Source: a bacterium | GTDB lineage: Bacteria; Auribacterota; Auribacteria; Auribacterales; Auribacteraceae | Direction of reading: 5' to 3' | DNA length: 64,000 nt | Assembly (NCBI GenBank): GCA_024233545.1 | Contig: JACKPL010000003.1 | Location: forward strand, 64,584-128,583 | Shown: piece after piece, positions 52,801-61,676 of the stretch | Layout: the number at the start of each line of letters is the position of its first letter | Numbering within the stretch: the stretch's first letter is position 1 | Notes under the pieces: model-generated | What the model saw: only the letters and a program-made list of their open reading frames with translations | What the model was told of the DNA's origin: nothing | The model's database searches: none | Translations under genes and position numbers: made by a program

Positions 52801-53249
52801 GGCTCGGTGACGGCGAAGAAGTATTGACGCATTTGACCGACCCCACTAATTCCGATCCTGATAATGACGGTTTGACCGATATGCAGGAAATATTTGATTA
52901 TTCCAGCGATCCTTTTGATGCAAATAGCGATGACGACCCGTTCAGCGACGGCGAAGAAGCTTTAGCCGGCACCGATCTCAACGATCCTGCCTCATACCTC
53001 CATATAATAGAATTGTATGAAGATGCGGATACCGGCGATGTTGTTATTATATGGAGCAGTGTGAACGGCAAGAAATACGATATCTATTATTCTCCTGATT
53101 TGAACCCCGGCAATTTCCAACTCATGGGCACCAATGTTCAATCATCCTCGGACGAATCGTTATTTGTAGATCAGGGGGATGTTCTTAACAACATTCCGCA
53201 TCCTCATTCTGTACCGGCACGGATGTACCGAATTTCAGTATCGCAGTAG
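49815..53249 (+). CDS. secreted 1,144-aa protein: CarboxypepD_reg-like domain, three TSP3-like Ca-binding repeat blocks, two Ig-like plus NIDO-like units, C-terminal beta-sandwich
   Basis: Signal peptide MDVMNRRIVLIILYILLNVQASFA. SGKVTVAG..ITNADGSYTLSGI is carboxypeptidase-regulatory-like. D.D.DG..D runs are present. NIDO-like motifs are ..IHSNGFLTFE..FIAPYWDDLDI.. and ..ASTNGYVTFG..FIAPFWDDLIV.. Confidence 0.85.
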   Translation: MDVMNRRIVLIILYILLNVQASFAALTNGSISGKVTVAGYNEGVAGFAIEAVTGSEAVLISAITNADGSYTLSGITASQVYVRVPAQSGYEKRFYNGASTVALATAISQSSASIDIQLEESIAQPDSDSDGIKDAEEVILGLDGFRTNPADNDSDNDFLSDSEEVTLGADGFFTDPNRADTDNDGFSDNADAIPVPAYVFLSVADGVLANESAAVSAEVRDLYHNLIVKDGIQFTLHCTGAAVFAMSANTGILISGGGTQSVVMQTIGGVASIDVSSAVIENVDISATDNSGLNLMVFSRTAPFQTAQFPISEMMGDIHDTGIQFIDFFSQGIPIGFTFYHFGIPHSTINIHSNGFLTFETYQGIPTEPFFAELYTNDPIPNVSIPNDFIAPYWDDLDIESHGTGSIKYVNRITAAGEVFRVRWKDHAIYDSREAVNSLLTFNVQLYKASGLIEFSYETLQNGTSRMANGSSATIGAENSSGSGGLVFSYNTASVTEGLTILFSTHFPIAYFLSASGDFDNDGLTNQEERTQSFTSPLSPDTDGDTLPDKWEYDYGLNPNSNAGENGADGDFDNDGLSNIEELSLQTIPNDNDSDNDGLADGDEVYEYMTSPLLTDTDNDTLADGEEITFGADGFRTDPLLVDSDEDGVSDAVDTIPVFARLIIKEPSDVLVGNPEPDAVRFQLWSMEGDLLEPVNDFIFTAQVSGSAFFVPNPLKGTLLSGAGTNTVSIQLENGEAHVRVRDFTAEKVFFTAADPFSSGVRMPMQSAGFDVIPNNFIDIAQLPNRLALVGDDAAVNITLPSGFFLRFFDSLYSSAIPMKASTNGYVTFGSFGSALSNKPIPFHGSNDPDAFIAPFWDDLIVSAGSVYAVSIGSAPSRRFIIQWNNVALAVSPSVSLTFQIIFYEQDSLIEFHYGAMGNLGTSATIGIENETGTAGVSIGYNTSVLASFTGYALFDGDVPAMSFINGDYDGDQLSDIDELDNYGTDPAVRDSDNDGLGDGEEVLTHLTDPTNSDPDNDGLTDMQEIFDYSSDPFDANSDDDPFSDGEEALAGTDLNDPASYLHIIELYEDADTGDVVIIWSSVNGKKYDIYYSPDLNPGNFQLMGTNVQSSSDESLFVDQGDVLNNIPHPHSVPARMYRISVSQ

Positions 53250-53288
53250 AAATTTTATTGTTTATGTGTAGTGCAGGCACTGGCAGAC

Positions 53289-54854
53289 TCATTTTTTGAG
53301 AAAGAAAATCCGAATGTGCTCTTTCCCTTCGTTCAAAGAGATTGAGTGGAGCGTTGACAGAAAATGTTCCGTATCGGTTTCGTTTCCAAAAGAGAGAAAA
53401 TAATCGATAGCATGATCTTTCAACTGTGTTTCCAAACCGGTGTTTTTTTGCGGTATTCCGTAAAAGGCATTGCCAGAGAAGAAACAGAGAGAAAGGGCAG
53501 TGTTATAACGGCTGTCAGCCGCAATAGTCCCTTGAGTAATTGATGCGTCTTTCAGCTGGTTAGCAAGAATAGAAACCTCTTTTCCCGTATTGATTTTATT
53601 TATGAGACGATAGGCAGGGATAATAGTAAACCCGGCTGAAAACATAAGTATAATCAGCCTACGTGAAAGTTTATTTATCTGAACGTGTTGATATAAAACC
53701 GTTAATAAACAGCCGCAAACGATCATGATCAGAAAATATATTCCCCAAAGGTATCGAGAGAGCACTCGCACAAAACAGTATCCGGCAATATAGATGAAAA
53801 TTGTGATGGCGCAATACATGATGAAAGAGTGAGTGAGCGGCCACTGTATTTTTTTTCTCTGAACAAAAATACAGCTTGCGAGAACAAAAATACAGCACCA
53901 TGCAAAAGCGAGCTTCCGAATGGCGACAAGGCAATTTACACAGAAATGACGTGCGAAATACAACAAATCGTGCCAGCTTGCGAACGGGTTCCATGGTGTG
54001 AAAATATGATATGACGGGTCTTCCCATGCGCTTAATGCCGTTGCGTTGGATGGTGCCATGAGCCCTCCATATTTTATCGGAATGCCCGGTGAATCAGGGG
54101 CAAACTCAGCCAGATTGTATGCGCCGGCGGTGCTAACGGTAATGCCGCCGTACTTAGCGCTCAATACAAAAATCCAGCAACCGGATATTATTAAAAACGA
54201 TAAGATTCCTGCAATGAAGTTGCGCGCAATACTTTTTCTATGGGCGATATCATTATTCATGTAAAAAAATAAGATGTTAATCGTCAGAAAATGAACCGCA
54301 AAAAAATAGAAAATATATGCTTTGGAAAAATATCCTAATGCGCCGAGTATACCGCACGCTGTTCCGTATGAAAGTTTTTCGAGATAACGGGCATTGAAAA
54401 GTATTCCCCAGTACCAGCATAAAATTCCCGCCGACAGCATATCGGGAGAAATGACGTAAAGAACTCCATATAATACGAGTGGAATAAGAGAAATGAAAAT
54501 CGCTCTTTTTATTTCATCAGAAATAGTAAAACAGCGCCATAAACTATGTACTCCAATGAATACCACTATTCCCGAAAACAGCAAACATATTTTCATCGCG
54601 ACAATATCATTTAACCCGATAAGGTAAAACGGAATGCTCATCCAAACCAACAGGGGGCTCCAATAGGCGTTAACTGCGTGAGCATAATCGCCTGAGACAT
54701 ACTTTTGGGCGAGAGATATATATGATATGCCGTCAGGGTTAATTTGAAACCGGTAGAAGTACAAAAAAAGCATTCCTGCAGAAAAATATACAAATACTAC
54801 TAGTATCAGGAATTTTTTTTGTGAAGGTACGGGCATTTTCAAAATGCTCGGCAT
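53289..54854 (-). CDS. polytopic membrane protein, GT-C-like glycosyltransferase candidate (521 aa)
   Basis: More than 10 TM segments. The first loop reads ..QINPDGISYISLAQKYVSGDY.. and there is a C-terminal soluble domain. It is the last gene of the glycan cluster. Confidence 0.6.
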   Translation of the reverse strand: MPSILKMPVPSQKKFLILVVFVYFSAGMLFLYFYRFQINPDGISYISLAQKYVSGDYAHAVNAYWSPLLVWMSIPFYLIGLNDIVAMKICLLFSGIVVFIGVHSLWRCFTISDEIKRAIFISLIPLVLYGVLYVISPDMLSAGILCWYWGILFNARYLEKLSYGTACGILGALGYFSKAYIFYFFAVHFLTINILFFYMNNDIAHRKSIARNFIAGILSFLIISGCWIFVLSAKYGGITVSTAGAYNLAEFAPDSPGIPIKYGGLMAPSNATALSAWEDPSYHIFTPWNPFASWHDLLYFARHFCVNCLVAIRKLAFAWCCIFVLASCIFVQRKKIQWPLTHSFIMYCAITIFIYIAGYCFVRVLSRYLWGIYFLIMIVCGCLLTVLYQHVQINKLSRRLIILMFSAGFTIIPAYRLINKINTGKEVSILANQLKDASITQGTIAADSRYNTALSLCFFSGNAFYGIPQKNTGLETQLKDHAIDYFLSFGNETDTEHFLSTLHSISLNEGKEHIRIFFLKK

Positions 54855-54897
54855 TTGTCTATTCCCTATTTACTTTTAATGGGATTGTACTTTCGGT

Positions 54898-56995
54898 TTA
54901 TCGTACCATGTCATACAATTTTTCTGATATGTGCAGTGTCCTGAGCGATATTTTTTTGACGGTGAAGGATACTCCGGGGAAAAAGGAAAAGGTTTTGAAA
55001 TGTAATCGTATCGTTTCGCTCCTTACAACGAGGGGAAATGTCACGTTGTTTTTATATGGCGGCAGTGAAACAGGTTGCGGAAACCGTGAATCATCAATTT
55101 CGGAACGGTGGTCGAAGTATGTCCCGTCAAATATTTCGGGTATTACGAAGAAACGGGGTGTTTTTCCGAAGAAAGGAATTTTTTTCATCGGATTAGTTAT
55201 TGAATAATCAATTTGAACAAGAAGCATGGTATTGCCTTTTGGAATCCATTCTCTAGGGATGTTGAAGATTTCACTGTTTGCATCAGGCTCAAACGATATA
55301 TAATTGTTGGCGGCATTTTCCCATGGAGTATTTTTGCGTTTCCAAAGCATGCCGTGAAACGGTATGGCAAGAAGATCATAGTTTTTAAACAGTTCCTCAT
55401 AAAATTCCCATGTAGTTGTTTGGAGCCATTCTTCATAAGGAAAATACGAACGTTTGATGGTTTCGACGAATTCCGGTTGAACGGTTTTAAAAGTATCAAT
55501 GTATGCCGTTCTCTTTTCAGGACCCAATGCATGAATAATATAATCCTCCGCCGGATTGAAAATACCGTAATGATCGTGTATTAAGCCGGAGTATGTCGAC
55601 CAGAGCGAAACCGGCTCGTTTTTATCGCGCCGATTGGTTTCAATGGAGTCAATGATGCTTTTTGTATATTCAGACCAGTACTGAGATAACCGAAGCGGTG
55701 TGCCTGCTTTGTTTTTTTTAAGCAAAAATATCTTTTCCCGCAATCCGGGAACGTCAATATAGTTTGAGTAACATAATCCGGCTATTACCGCGATGGCGGT
55801 AAAAAACATTATTTTAGGAGATATTATTCGATAGATATAATAGAGAACTCTGTCGCCTGCTTTGAATATCACCATGGATGCAATAAGAACCAGCATGAGC
55901 CTGAAGGGCAAAAGATATTGAGTGGTAAAAATACCAAGACAGCTCAAACTCGATGCAACTCCATACATCAGCATGATTGCAATGGTTATGATTCCGTTTT
56001 TGGGAAACATCGTTCGCGATGCAAATAATTTGAGTACCGCAATGACTGCGATAAGTTCCGAGCAGATACGAAATGTCAGTTTCCGTACGTTCGAGTCTGT
56101 GGAAAGCTGTTCAAAACTCGCGAAAAGTTTGTTAGGCGGAACGCCGAAATACCAGAACTGGTCTTTTCCGACGGTTACGATATTAAATTTTAATGCGCTG
56201 ATAAAAGGGTCAATCCCCTTAATGAACATATACAACAGCAGGGCTATTCCGCTCGAAAGTACCGTAAAAAAAATATAAATATGACACTGCTTATCATAAG
56301 GGCGGTAAAAGAACGGAAATACGATGCCGGTAACAAGAAACGCCGCGCCAAGCGCTAATCCCTGTTCCGTACCGCACAAAAAAAGAGAGCGACAGAAACA
56401 CTCCGGACAGTATTGATTTGAGCATCATAGGGGTTGAAAGAAGCTGTATTCCGATGAAAAAAATCGGCAATATCATTCGGACATTTTTTAAACTGCCGCG
56501 GGGTTCGAACAAGTTGTCATCTAATTTTGTAATAATGCTCAGTAGCATTATTACGCCGAAAAACAAAAATGCTTTATTCCATTTTTTCGTAAAAACGAAA
56601 GAGAAAAACAATAAAGCGGCAAACATCATAACGGTAGCAGTTATATGCCGCGACAATTCGGATGCGTAAATAGTTTTTCCGAACAGCATGTACAGCGGGT
56701 AGAACAAATACGGTATCGATTGGCCGTGAAAATAATGAAAATCTTTTCCCAAAACCTGGCCGTCTGCAATGCGCCTCAAAGGGTTGAATACCTGAAATGC
56801 GCCGTTGGCAAAATCTCCGTCGAAACAGATACTTTCCAGTATGCCGATAGCCAAAAATTTGATTACCATAACAAGAGACATTACTTGCAGGAACCGAGCA
56901 AAAAAAACAGTCATTTTAGTTTTGGGGCTGACATCATTCATGGAGAAATATCTCAGTGTTATGTGTTGCCGTATTTTTGAAAAGCGGTTAAACAA
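54898..56995 (-). pseudogene. polytopic membrane protein (GT-C-like, paralog of 57354..59261) split into two ORFs by a frameshift at a 7-nt homopolymer
   Basis: ORFs 56294..56995 and 54898..56379 overlap by 86 nt in different frames. The switch point is the T7 run (A7 at 56378-56384 on the + strand). With 6 T the reading ..LSLSF-LCGTEQGLALGAAFLVTG.. is continuous through a TM helix. Confidence 0.6.
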
Positions 56996-57353
56996 ATGGC
57001 AATTGGCAAAAAATAATTCTGTTTCACGGATTCATCTTTTTGAAACCATCAATCAAGAAAAGAGCTGTCTCTTCCTGAATAGTTATTGGAATATAGAGCG
57101 AATAGCCGATATGACAAAATCTGAACCCGTGTGGTATATATCGTGAGTAGCTGAATCGCATTGCCGATCAATTAAAACTCCCCACCGACAAAAAATCATG
57201 AAAAAAAGACTTTCCCTGCGTATGGTAAAAGCTTACCAATATGAGATATCACGAAAGGGAAAAATTTACAATAAAATTCGTTATTACACAAGAAATAGTC
57301 CGGTGTTTTTGAGGCAAAAAACAAGGTAACGGCATCATATCTTCACACATAAC

Positions 57354-59261
57354 TTATTCAGAACGCTTTATCCATAGTTCCTGATCGTCTATCTGTTTAT
57401 AGAACCGATAATGATTGTGAATATAGTTAAACACAATCGGATGCCGTTTTTTACTGCTAATCCGGTCGATATGGTTTGCCCAATGATTGCTGGAGTAGAG
57501 GATCATGCGGGTATTGCACTGTTTTAGGTCTGCTACAACCGCTCGTTGAAAATCTTCTGTCGCCGCATACCAGAGCACGGGAAACCGCGATGGCGATGGT
57601 CTGTCGAGAAAATAATACCAGGCCGCCTCTGAAGTCAAGGTATAAAAACTGTCATTCTCTTTCAGGTTTTCCTGCAGAAACGTTATGGTTCTTTTATAAT
57701 TTTCGGGTATAAAGGCAGAATCTGATTGTGCGGCAGGAAAACTGTCGGGCAGGATAATCGGGTATCGGCAGAACATATACGCGCACCAAATAACTCCGTA
57801 TGTAATTATGCTGTACAGCCCGTATAAAATTGCCGTATTCATAGACCGAAACTTTTCGCAAAGAGCCGGAAAAAAATATTTGCTGACAATAACTCCGGAT
57901 AAAAAACACGATAAAGGGAAAGATGCCGCTACGTGCTCTATATCCGAGCGTCCGAGAGCAGTGCGGAAAAAGAAAACTCCCATCAGAGCCAATGAAAATT
58001 CTGCCAAATATTTTTCAAAAAAAGACGCGCATGCATCCTTAAAGTGTCTCCGATGCGCATGAAACTCCCTCAAAAATTGAAGCGCTATCCAGTAGGTGTT
58101 CATTGCAATAATGAGGCAGGGTACATAAAAAAGTATATTGGAAATCGGATAAACAAATCCGTCCATCAGTTCTTTATACTGCGGCAGTTGGATAAAGTTA
58201 AAGAGGAAGAAATCTTTAATGCCGCCTCTAAGCAGAATGAACAGCAGGAAAAAAGCGGTTGATATACCCGCAAGAGCGCTCACAGCTGATACCGTCCGGG
58301 CGGTTCTTTGTTTTATAAGAAACAGAAAAAAAATCGGTGCAGTAATACAAAAACTTGCTGTCAAATAAAATGCTCTGTCAAGGGAATAGATGAATGCGCC
58401 GAACGGCAGGAAACCGAACAGGAAACTGCCTAAGCATAGCACCCATATGTTCTTCCGGAGAGAAGGCATGGCGCATACGATACTGATATACGAGAATGTA
58501 AGTACATCTCGTTGAGGAATAATGAAGAAATGCGGAATATTCAGCAGACGGTTCTTATTACATGCTATGCCGATCACAATTATTGCCGCAAAAGCATACA
58601 GAAAGTTTCTTTTAAATATAATCAACAGCATAATTCCTAAAGCAACAAATGCTAAAATCTGATGGAGTGAAAGAGATGTACGATGCGCTCCTATTGATTT
58701 TCCAAAAAGTTTGAATGCAAGGAGCGGGCGCAGAGGTTCATAATACACGCCGTGGAGGAATATAAAATCTTTATAGGGAACTTTGCCAGCCGCATATGAA
58801 ACGGCAGTGCCCAAACATTCCCCTTCATGAAAGGTATCGGTGTAGCGCATGTTTGCATGGAATGTCGGCGTAATAATCGCAAAAAATACAGAAAGCATAA
58901 TAAGAAGGAATATGCAGAGACAAACTTTTCTGCCGGACGCGTTTTCAGGCAGGCTTTCCTTTAAATGTGTTGAGGCAAAGAGAGAAGGCACTTTTTTATA
59001 AAGAAAAATATACAGCAGTATCAGAAAAAAAATAGGAACGGTAATATAAACAAGAAATCTCAGGACATCATTAGCCGGATTATACCTTATTATGCTGAGT
59101 GTTCCGACAATGCCTAAAGGATTCTTAAACGGCAGAACTATCTTATCCCACGCGAATGTGCCTAAAGCAATTCCGCACAGTAAGGGAATAGATATAAAAA
59201 GTGTTCGGTACCGCATAGTAATGCCGTTCATAAAATTCCATCGGTATGGTTCAATTCTCAT
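57354..59261 (-). CDS. polytopic membrane protein with C-terminal soluble domain (GT-C-like, 635 aa)
   Basis: More than 12 TM segments. The loop motif ..AAGKVPYKDFIFLHGVYYEPLRPLLAFKLFGKSI.. is shared with the neighbouring split gene (..ADGQVLGKDFHYFHGQSIPYLFYPLYMLFGKTI..). The start may be a downstream Met (59231 or 59216). Confidence 0.7.
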   Translation of the reverse strand: MRIEPYRWNFMNGITMRYRTLFISIPLLCGIALGTFAWDKIVLPFKNPLGIVGTLSIIRYNPANDVLRFLVYITVPIFFLILLYIFLYKKVPSLFASTHLKESLPENASGRKVCLCIFLLIMLSVFFAIITPTFHANMRYTDTFHEGECLGTAVSYAAGKVPYKDFIFLHGVYYEPLRPLLAFKLFGKSIGAHRTSLSLHQILAFVALGIMLLIIFKRNFLYAFAAIIVIGIACNKNRLLNIPHFFIIPQRDVLTFSYISIVCAMPSLRKNIWVLCLGSFLFGFLPFGAFIYSLDRAFYLTASFCITAPIFFLFLIKQRTARTVSAVSALAGISTAFFLLFILLRGGIKDFFLFNFIQLPQYKELMDGFVYPISNILFYVPCLIIAMNTYWIALQFLREFHAHRRHFKDACASFFEKYLAEFSLALMGVFFFRTALGRSDIEHVAASFPLSCFLSGVIVSKYFFPALCEKFRSMNTAILYGLYSIITYGVIWCAYMFCRYPIILPDSFPAAQSDSAFIPENYKRTITFLQENLKENDSFYTLTSEAAWYYFLDRPSPSRFPVLWYAATEDFQRAVVADLKQCNTRMILYSSNHWANHIDRISSKKRHPIVFNYIHNHYRFYKQIDDQELWIKRSE

Positions 59262-59275
59262 TGAATATGAGAGAG

Positions 59276-60103
59276 TTATCTGTCAAAAAGCTTTTTAACC
59301 GATTCAACCGCCTGCCGTATGCTTTCGATGTCAAAAGGAGAATTCTGCTCTTTCATTTCGATTGATATCCAGTGCGGGTAATCTACTTTTTTCAGTGCGG
59401 ATGTAAAACGTGGTAAATCTACCCCGCCGTTGCCGACTTGCCCAAGATACGGTTCGCTGACATGAAAATGTTTCATGTACGGAGCGCCTTGCGAGATAAC
59501 GGCTTCGACGTCATCACCGCTGAGTGTCATACAGGCGGTATCGAGATGCAGTCCGAATCCGGGTGAGCCGACCATTTTTACTAGTTCTACCGCATCATGC
59601 CCATTGGTAATAAAATCGCTGTTGTATTCTTTCGGGTTGGGTTCAATGCACAGATAGACGCCGTTTTTCGATGCAATTGAACCGATGCGGGAGAAAAAGC
59701 CGCGGCTGATTTTTTCGACTTCATCTTTAGCGAGGTTGCCGATCAGTCTGTTTTTAGGCGAGCCGAACACAAGAACCTGTGCACCGAGTTTTTTTGCAAG
59801 GTGAATGATCTTTGTTAGATAAGCGATTGTCGCATCGCGCGTGGTTTGGTTCTCGAAAATTGTCAGTTCCGGATGCCCGAAGAGCACTGCTTGAAACGCA
59901 ACAATCTGAAAACCGCGCTGTTCCCAGAACTTTTTATATTCATTCACTTCTCTCTCAGGCACATCTATAGGGTTCTGCCATACTTTTGTAGGGGCAATTT
60001 CTATGCCGGATACGCCGTATTCTTTTAATACACTTGCCACGTTTTTATCTTCGCTGAGCGGCCATGCGATGTTTGAAATTGCGAGCTTTTTCATCTTTGC
60101 CAC
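59276..60103 (-). CDS. sugar phosphate isomerase/epimerase (xylose-isomerase-like TIM barrel)
   Basis: ..KLAISNIAWPLSEDKNVASVLKEYGVSGIEIAPTKVW.., ..GVYLCIEPNPKEY.. and ..HLDTACM.. are typical AP-endonuclease-2/XylA-like TIM-barrel motifs. The likely true start is ATG 60094, giving an ATGA overlap with the upstream gene. Confidence 0.75.
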   Translation of the reverse strand: MAKMKKLAISNIAWPLSEDKNVASVLKEYGVSGIEIAPTKVWQNPIDVPEREVNEYKKFWEQRGFQIVAFQAVLFGHPELTIFENQTTRDATIAYLTKIIHLAKKLGAQVLVFGSPKNRLIGNLAKDEVEKISRGFFSRIGSIASKNGVYLCIEPNPKEYNSDFITNGHDAVELVKMVGSPGFGLHLDTACMTLSGDDVEAVISQGAPYMKHFHVSEPYLGQVGNGGVDLPRFTSALKKVDYPHWISIEMKEQNSPFDIESIRQAVESVKKLFDR

Positions 60104-60855
60104 CCTTCGGACACAACGTATTCGTTCAGTGACGCAAGGATTTGTTCTTTAGAGTAGATATATCCGTTTTTACCTTTATATAATGCAGAATATTTTGTCT
60201 TAAAATCATACGAAGCGGGCGGATATGATGGTTCGTTGGTAAAATCTATGCCGAATGCGTGTGCGGCTACTTCTTTTATGCTTACCGGTTCGGTTGCAAA
60301 ATTTACCAGCGGCAATTTTGCATTCTGTGCAATGGCAATATCTTTCCATAAGTTTTTCAAGTAATAAAACTGATAGACGCTGTGTGCGTGTATCTTGTCA
60401 ATCTGGTTATTGTGCAGAAAATCGTAGACGGCATTTTTTTTCAGCCCGGTTCCGAATAATCCCGGCAGGCGTATTATGAGAGAATCGAATGTAGTGTTCA
60501 CAAATCGTTCCAATATAAAGCGGTTTTTCCCGTACGCATGGTTCTCTGGCGGTATAGGGGTGTCTTCGTCGACGTTGAACGGATGCGGGTATACATCTAT
60601 GGTTGAAATGAGAATACAGCGAGCCGCTTTCGTTTGTTTTAGGCAGTCAATGAGGAGCTGGGTGTTTTTAAGGTCGTTTTCAGGGTTTTGGTTGGCGATC
60701 CATTTTTCGGCGCGTGCTCCACTGCATACAACCAGTTCGTATTCTTTTCCGCGTATAGTTTCGATGTTTTTTGAATTATACAGATCATCAAATGAGTATT
60801 GCGCATTCAAATTGCTTCCGACAAATCCGGTGTATCCGATAAGCGCTGTGGGCAT
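60091..60855 (-). CDS. NAD(P)-binding Rossmann-fold protein, short epimerase/reductase (RmlD-like) family
   Basis: N-terminal MPTALIGYTGFVGSNL (GxxGxxG). Active-site region ..NHAYGKNRFILE.. AAGGAG lies 10 nt upstream of ATG 60855. Confidence 0.7.
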   Translation of the reverse strand: MPTALIGYTGFVGSNLNAQYSFDDLYNSKNIETIRGKEYELVVCSGARAEKWIANQNPENDLKNTQLLIDCLKQTKAARCILISTIDVYPHPFNVDEDTPIPPENHAYGKNRFILERFVNTTFDSLIIRLPGLFGTGLKKNAVYDFLHNNQIDKIHAHSVYQFYYLKNLWKDIAIAQNAKLPLVNFATEPVSIKEVAAHAFGIDFTNEPSYPPASYDFKTKYSALYKGKNGYIYSKEQILASLNEYVVSEGWQR

Positions 60856-60872
60856 ATGCTGTAATCTCCTTA

Positions 60873-61676
60873 TTATGGATTAAACCGTCCGGCGCACGCG
60901 GCAAACAGAGTGCGCAGTACGAGAAAGTTTCCCTTTAACGGGCTGATTTTTGTTGGGATAGGGCCGTCAGATGGGTACTGGCGGGTAACGGGCAGTTCTT
61001 TTACTTTAAACCCTAACCGTGCCGCCCGTATTGCCATGTAGTAATGCAGTTCGTAGTGGGAGAAAATGTCTCTAAACGGCGCGACGTTTTTATCGAGCAG
61101 GAGCTGTTTGCTGTATGCACGGAACCCGTTAGTCGTGTCAGTGTAGCGGAACCGCGAAGCGATTGATATCAGCGGCGCGTGAATAAAAGTAATGCCGAAC
61201 CACCGGCTGAACGGTAAATTGACCGATTTTCCTCCGGGGATAAACCGTGATCCTTGAATGTGGTCGAATCCGTCGTCAAGCGCTTTGACGAAATCGGGAA
61301 TTGCAGACGGGTCGTCTTTGCCGTTGCCGTCAATGGTGATAACGCCGTCATAGCCTTGCTTCATCGCATAGGCAAACGCCATTCTCATCTGCGCGCTTAG
61401 TTTGCCCGGGCCGGTTTTGGTGAGCAGTGTGTGTACGCCGAGCGGTTTGATTATTTCAGGAGCAAGCGATCCGTCGGTGCTTCCGCCATCGGCGATGATG
61501 ACGTCGATTGTTTTTGAAAGTTCCTGCATGTTGCGCAGTTGTTTTTTGATTTTTTCGCCTTCGTTGATTACAAAAATACAGACGCAGTATCTGCTTTGTT
61601 TCGGGCGAAAAGCGTTAACGGCATATGCAGGCACCTGCCAGTCTGCGGTGCCGTGTGCATCGTGTGTGGTACTCAT
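60873..61676 (-). CDS. glycosyltransferase family 2 (soluble, DPM1-like)
   Basis: ..CVCIFVINEGEKIKKQL..IDVIIADGGSTDGS.. and ..VITIDGNGKDDP.. (DxD-type) are GT-A/GT2 motifs. ATGA overlap with the upstream gene. Confidence 0.8.
   Translation of the reverse strand: MSTTHDAHGTADWQVPAYAVNAFRPKQSRYCVCIFVINEGEKIKKQLRNMQELSKTIDVIIADGGSTDGSLAPEIIKPLGVHTLLTKTGPGKLSAQMRMAFAYAMKQGYDGVITIDGNGKDDPSAIPDFVKALDDGFDHIQGSRFIPGGKSVNLPFSRWFGITFIHAPLISIASRFRYTDTTNGFRAYSKQLLLDKNVAPFRDIFSHYELHYYMAIRAARLGFKVKELPVTRQYPSDGPIPTKISPLKGNFLVLRTLFAACAGRFNP

Noticed and set aside
56996-57353. 358-bp gap in the glycan cluster examined for a small gene or structured RNA (includes track ORF 56805..57146 on the + strand)
   Set aside because: The + strand ORF is antisense to the cluster and mostly overlaps the upstream CDS. 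I saw no convincing hairpins, conserved RNA motifs or minus-strand ORF, so it is most simply an internal promoter or spacer.
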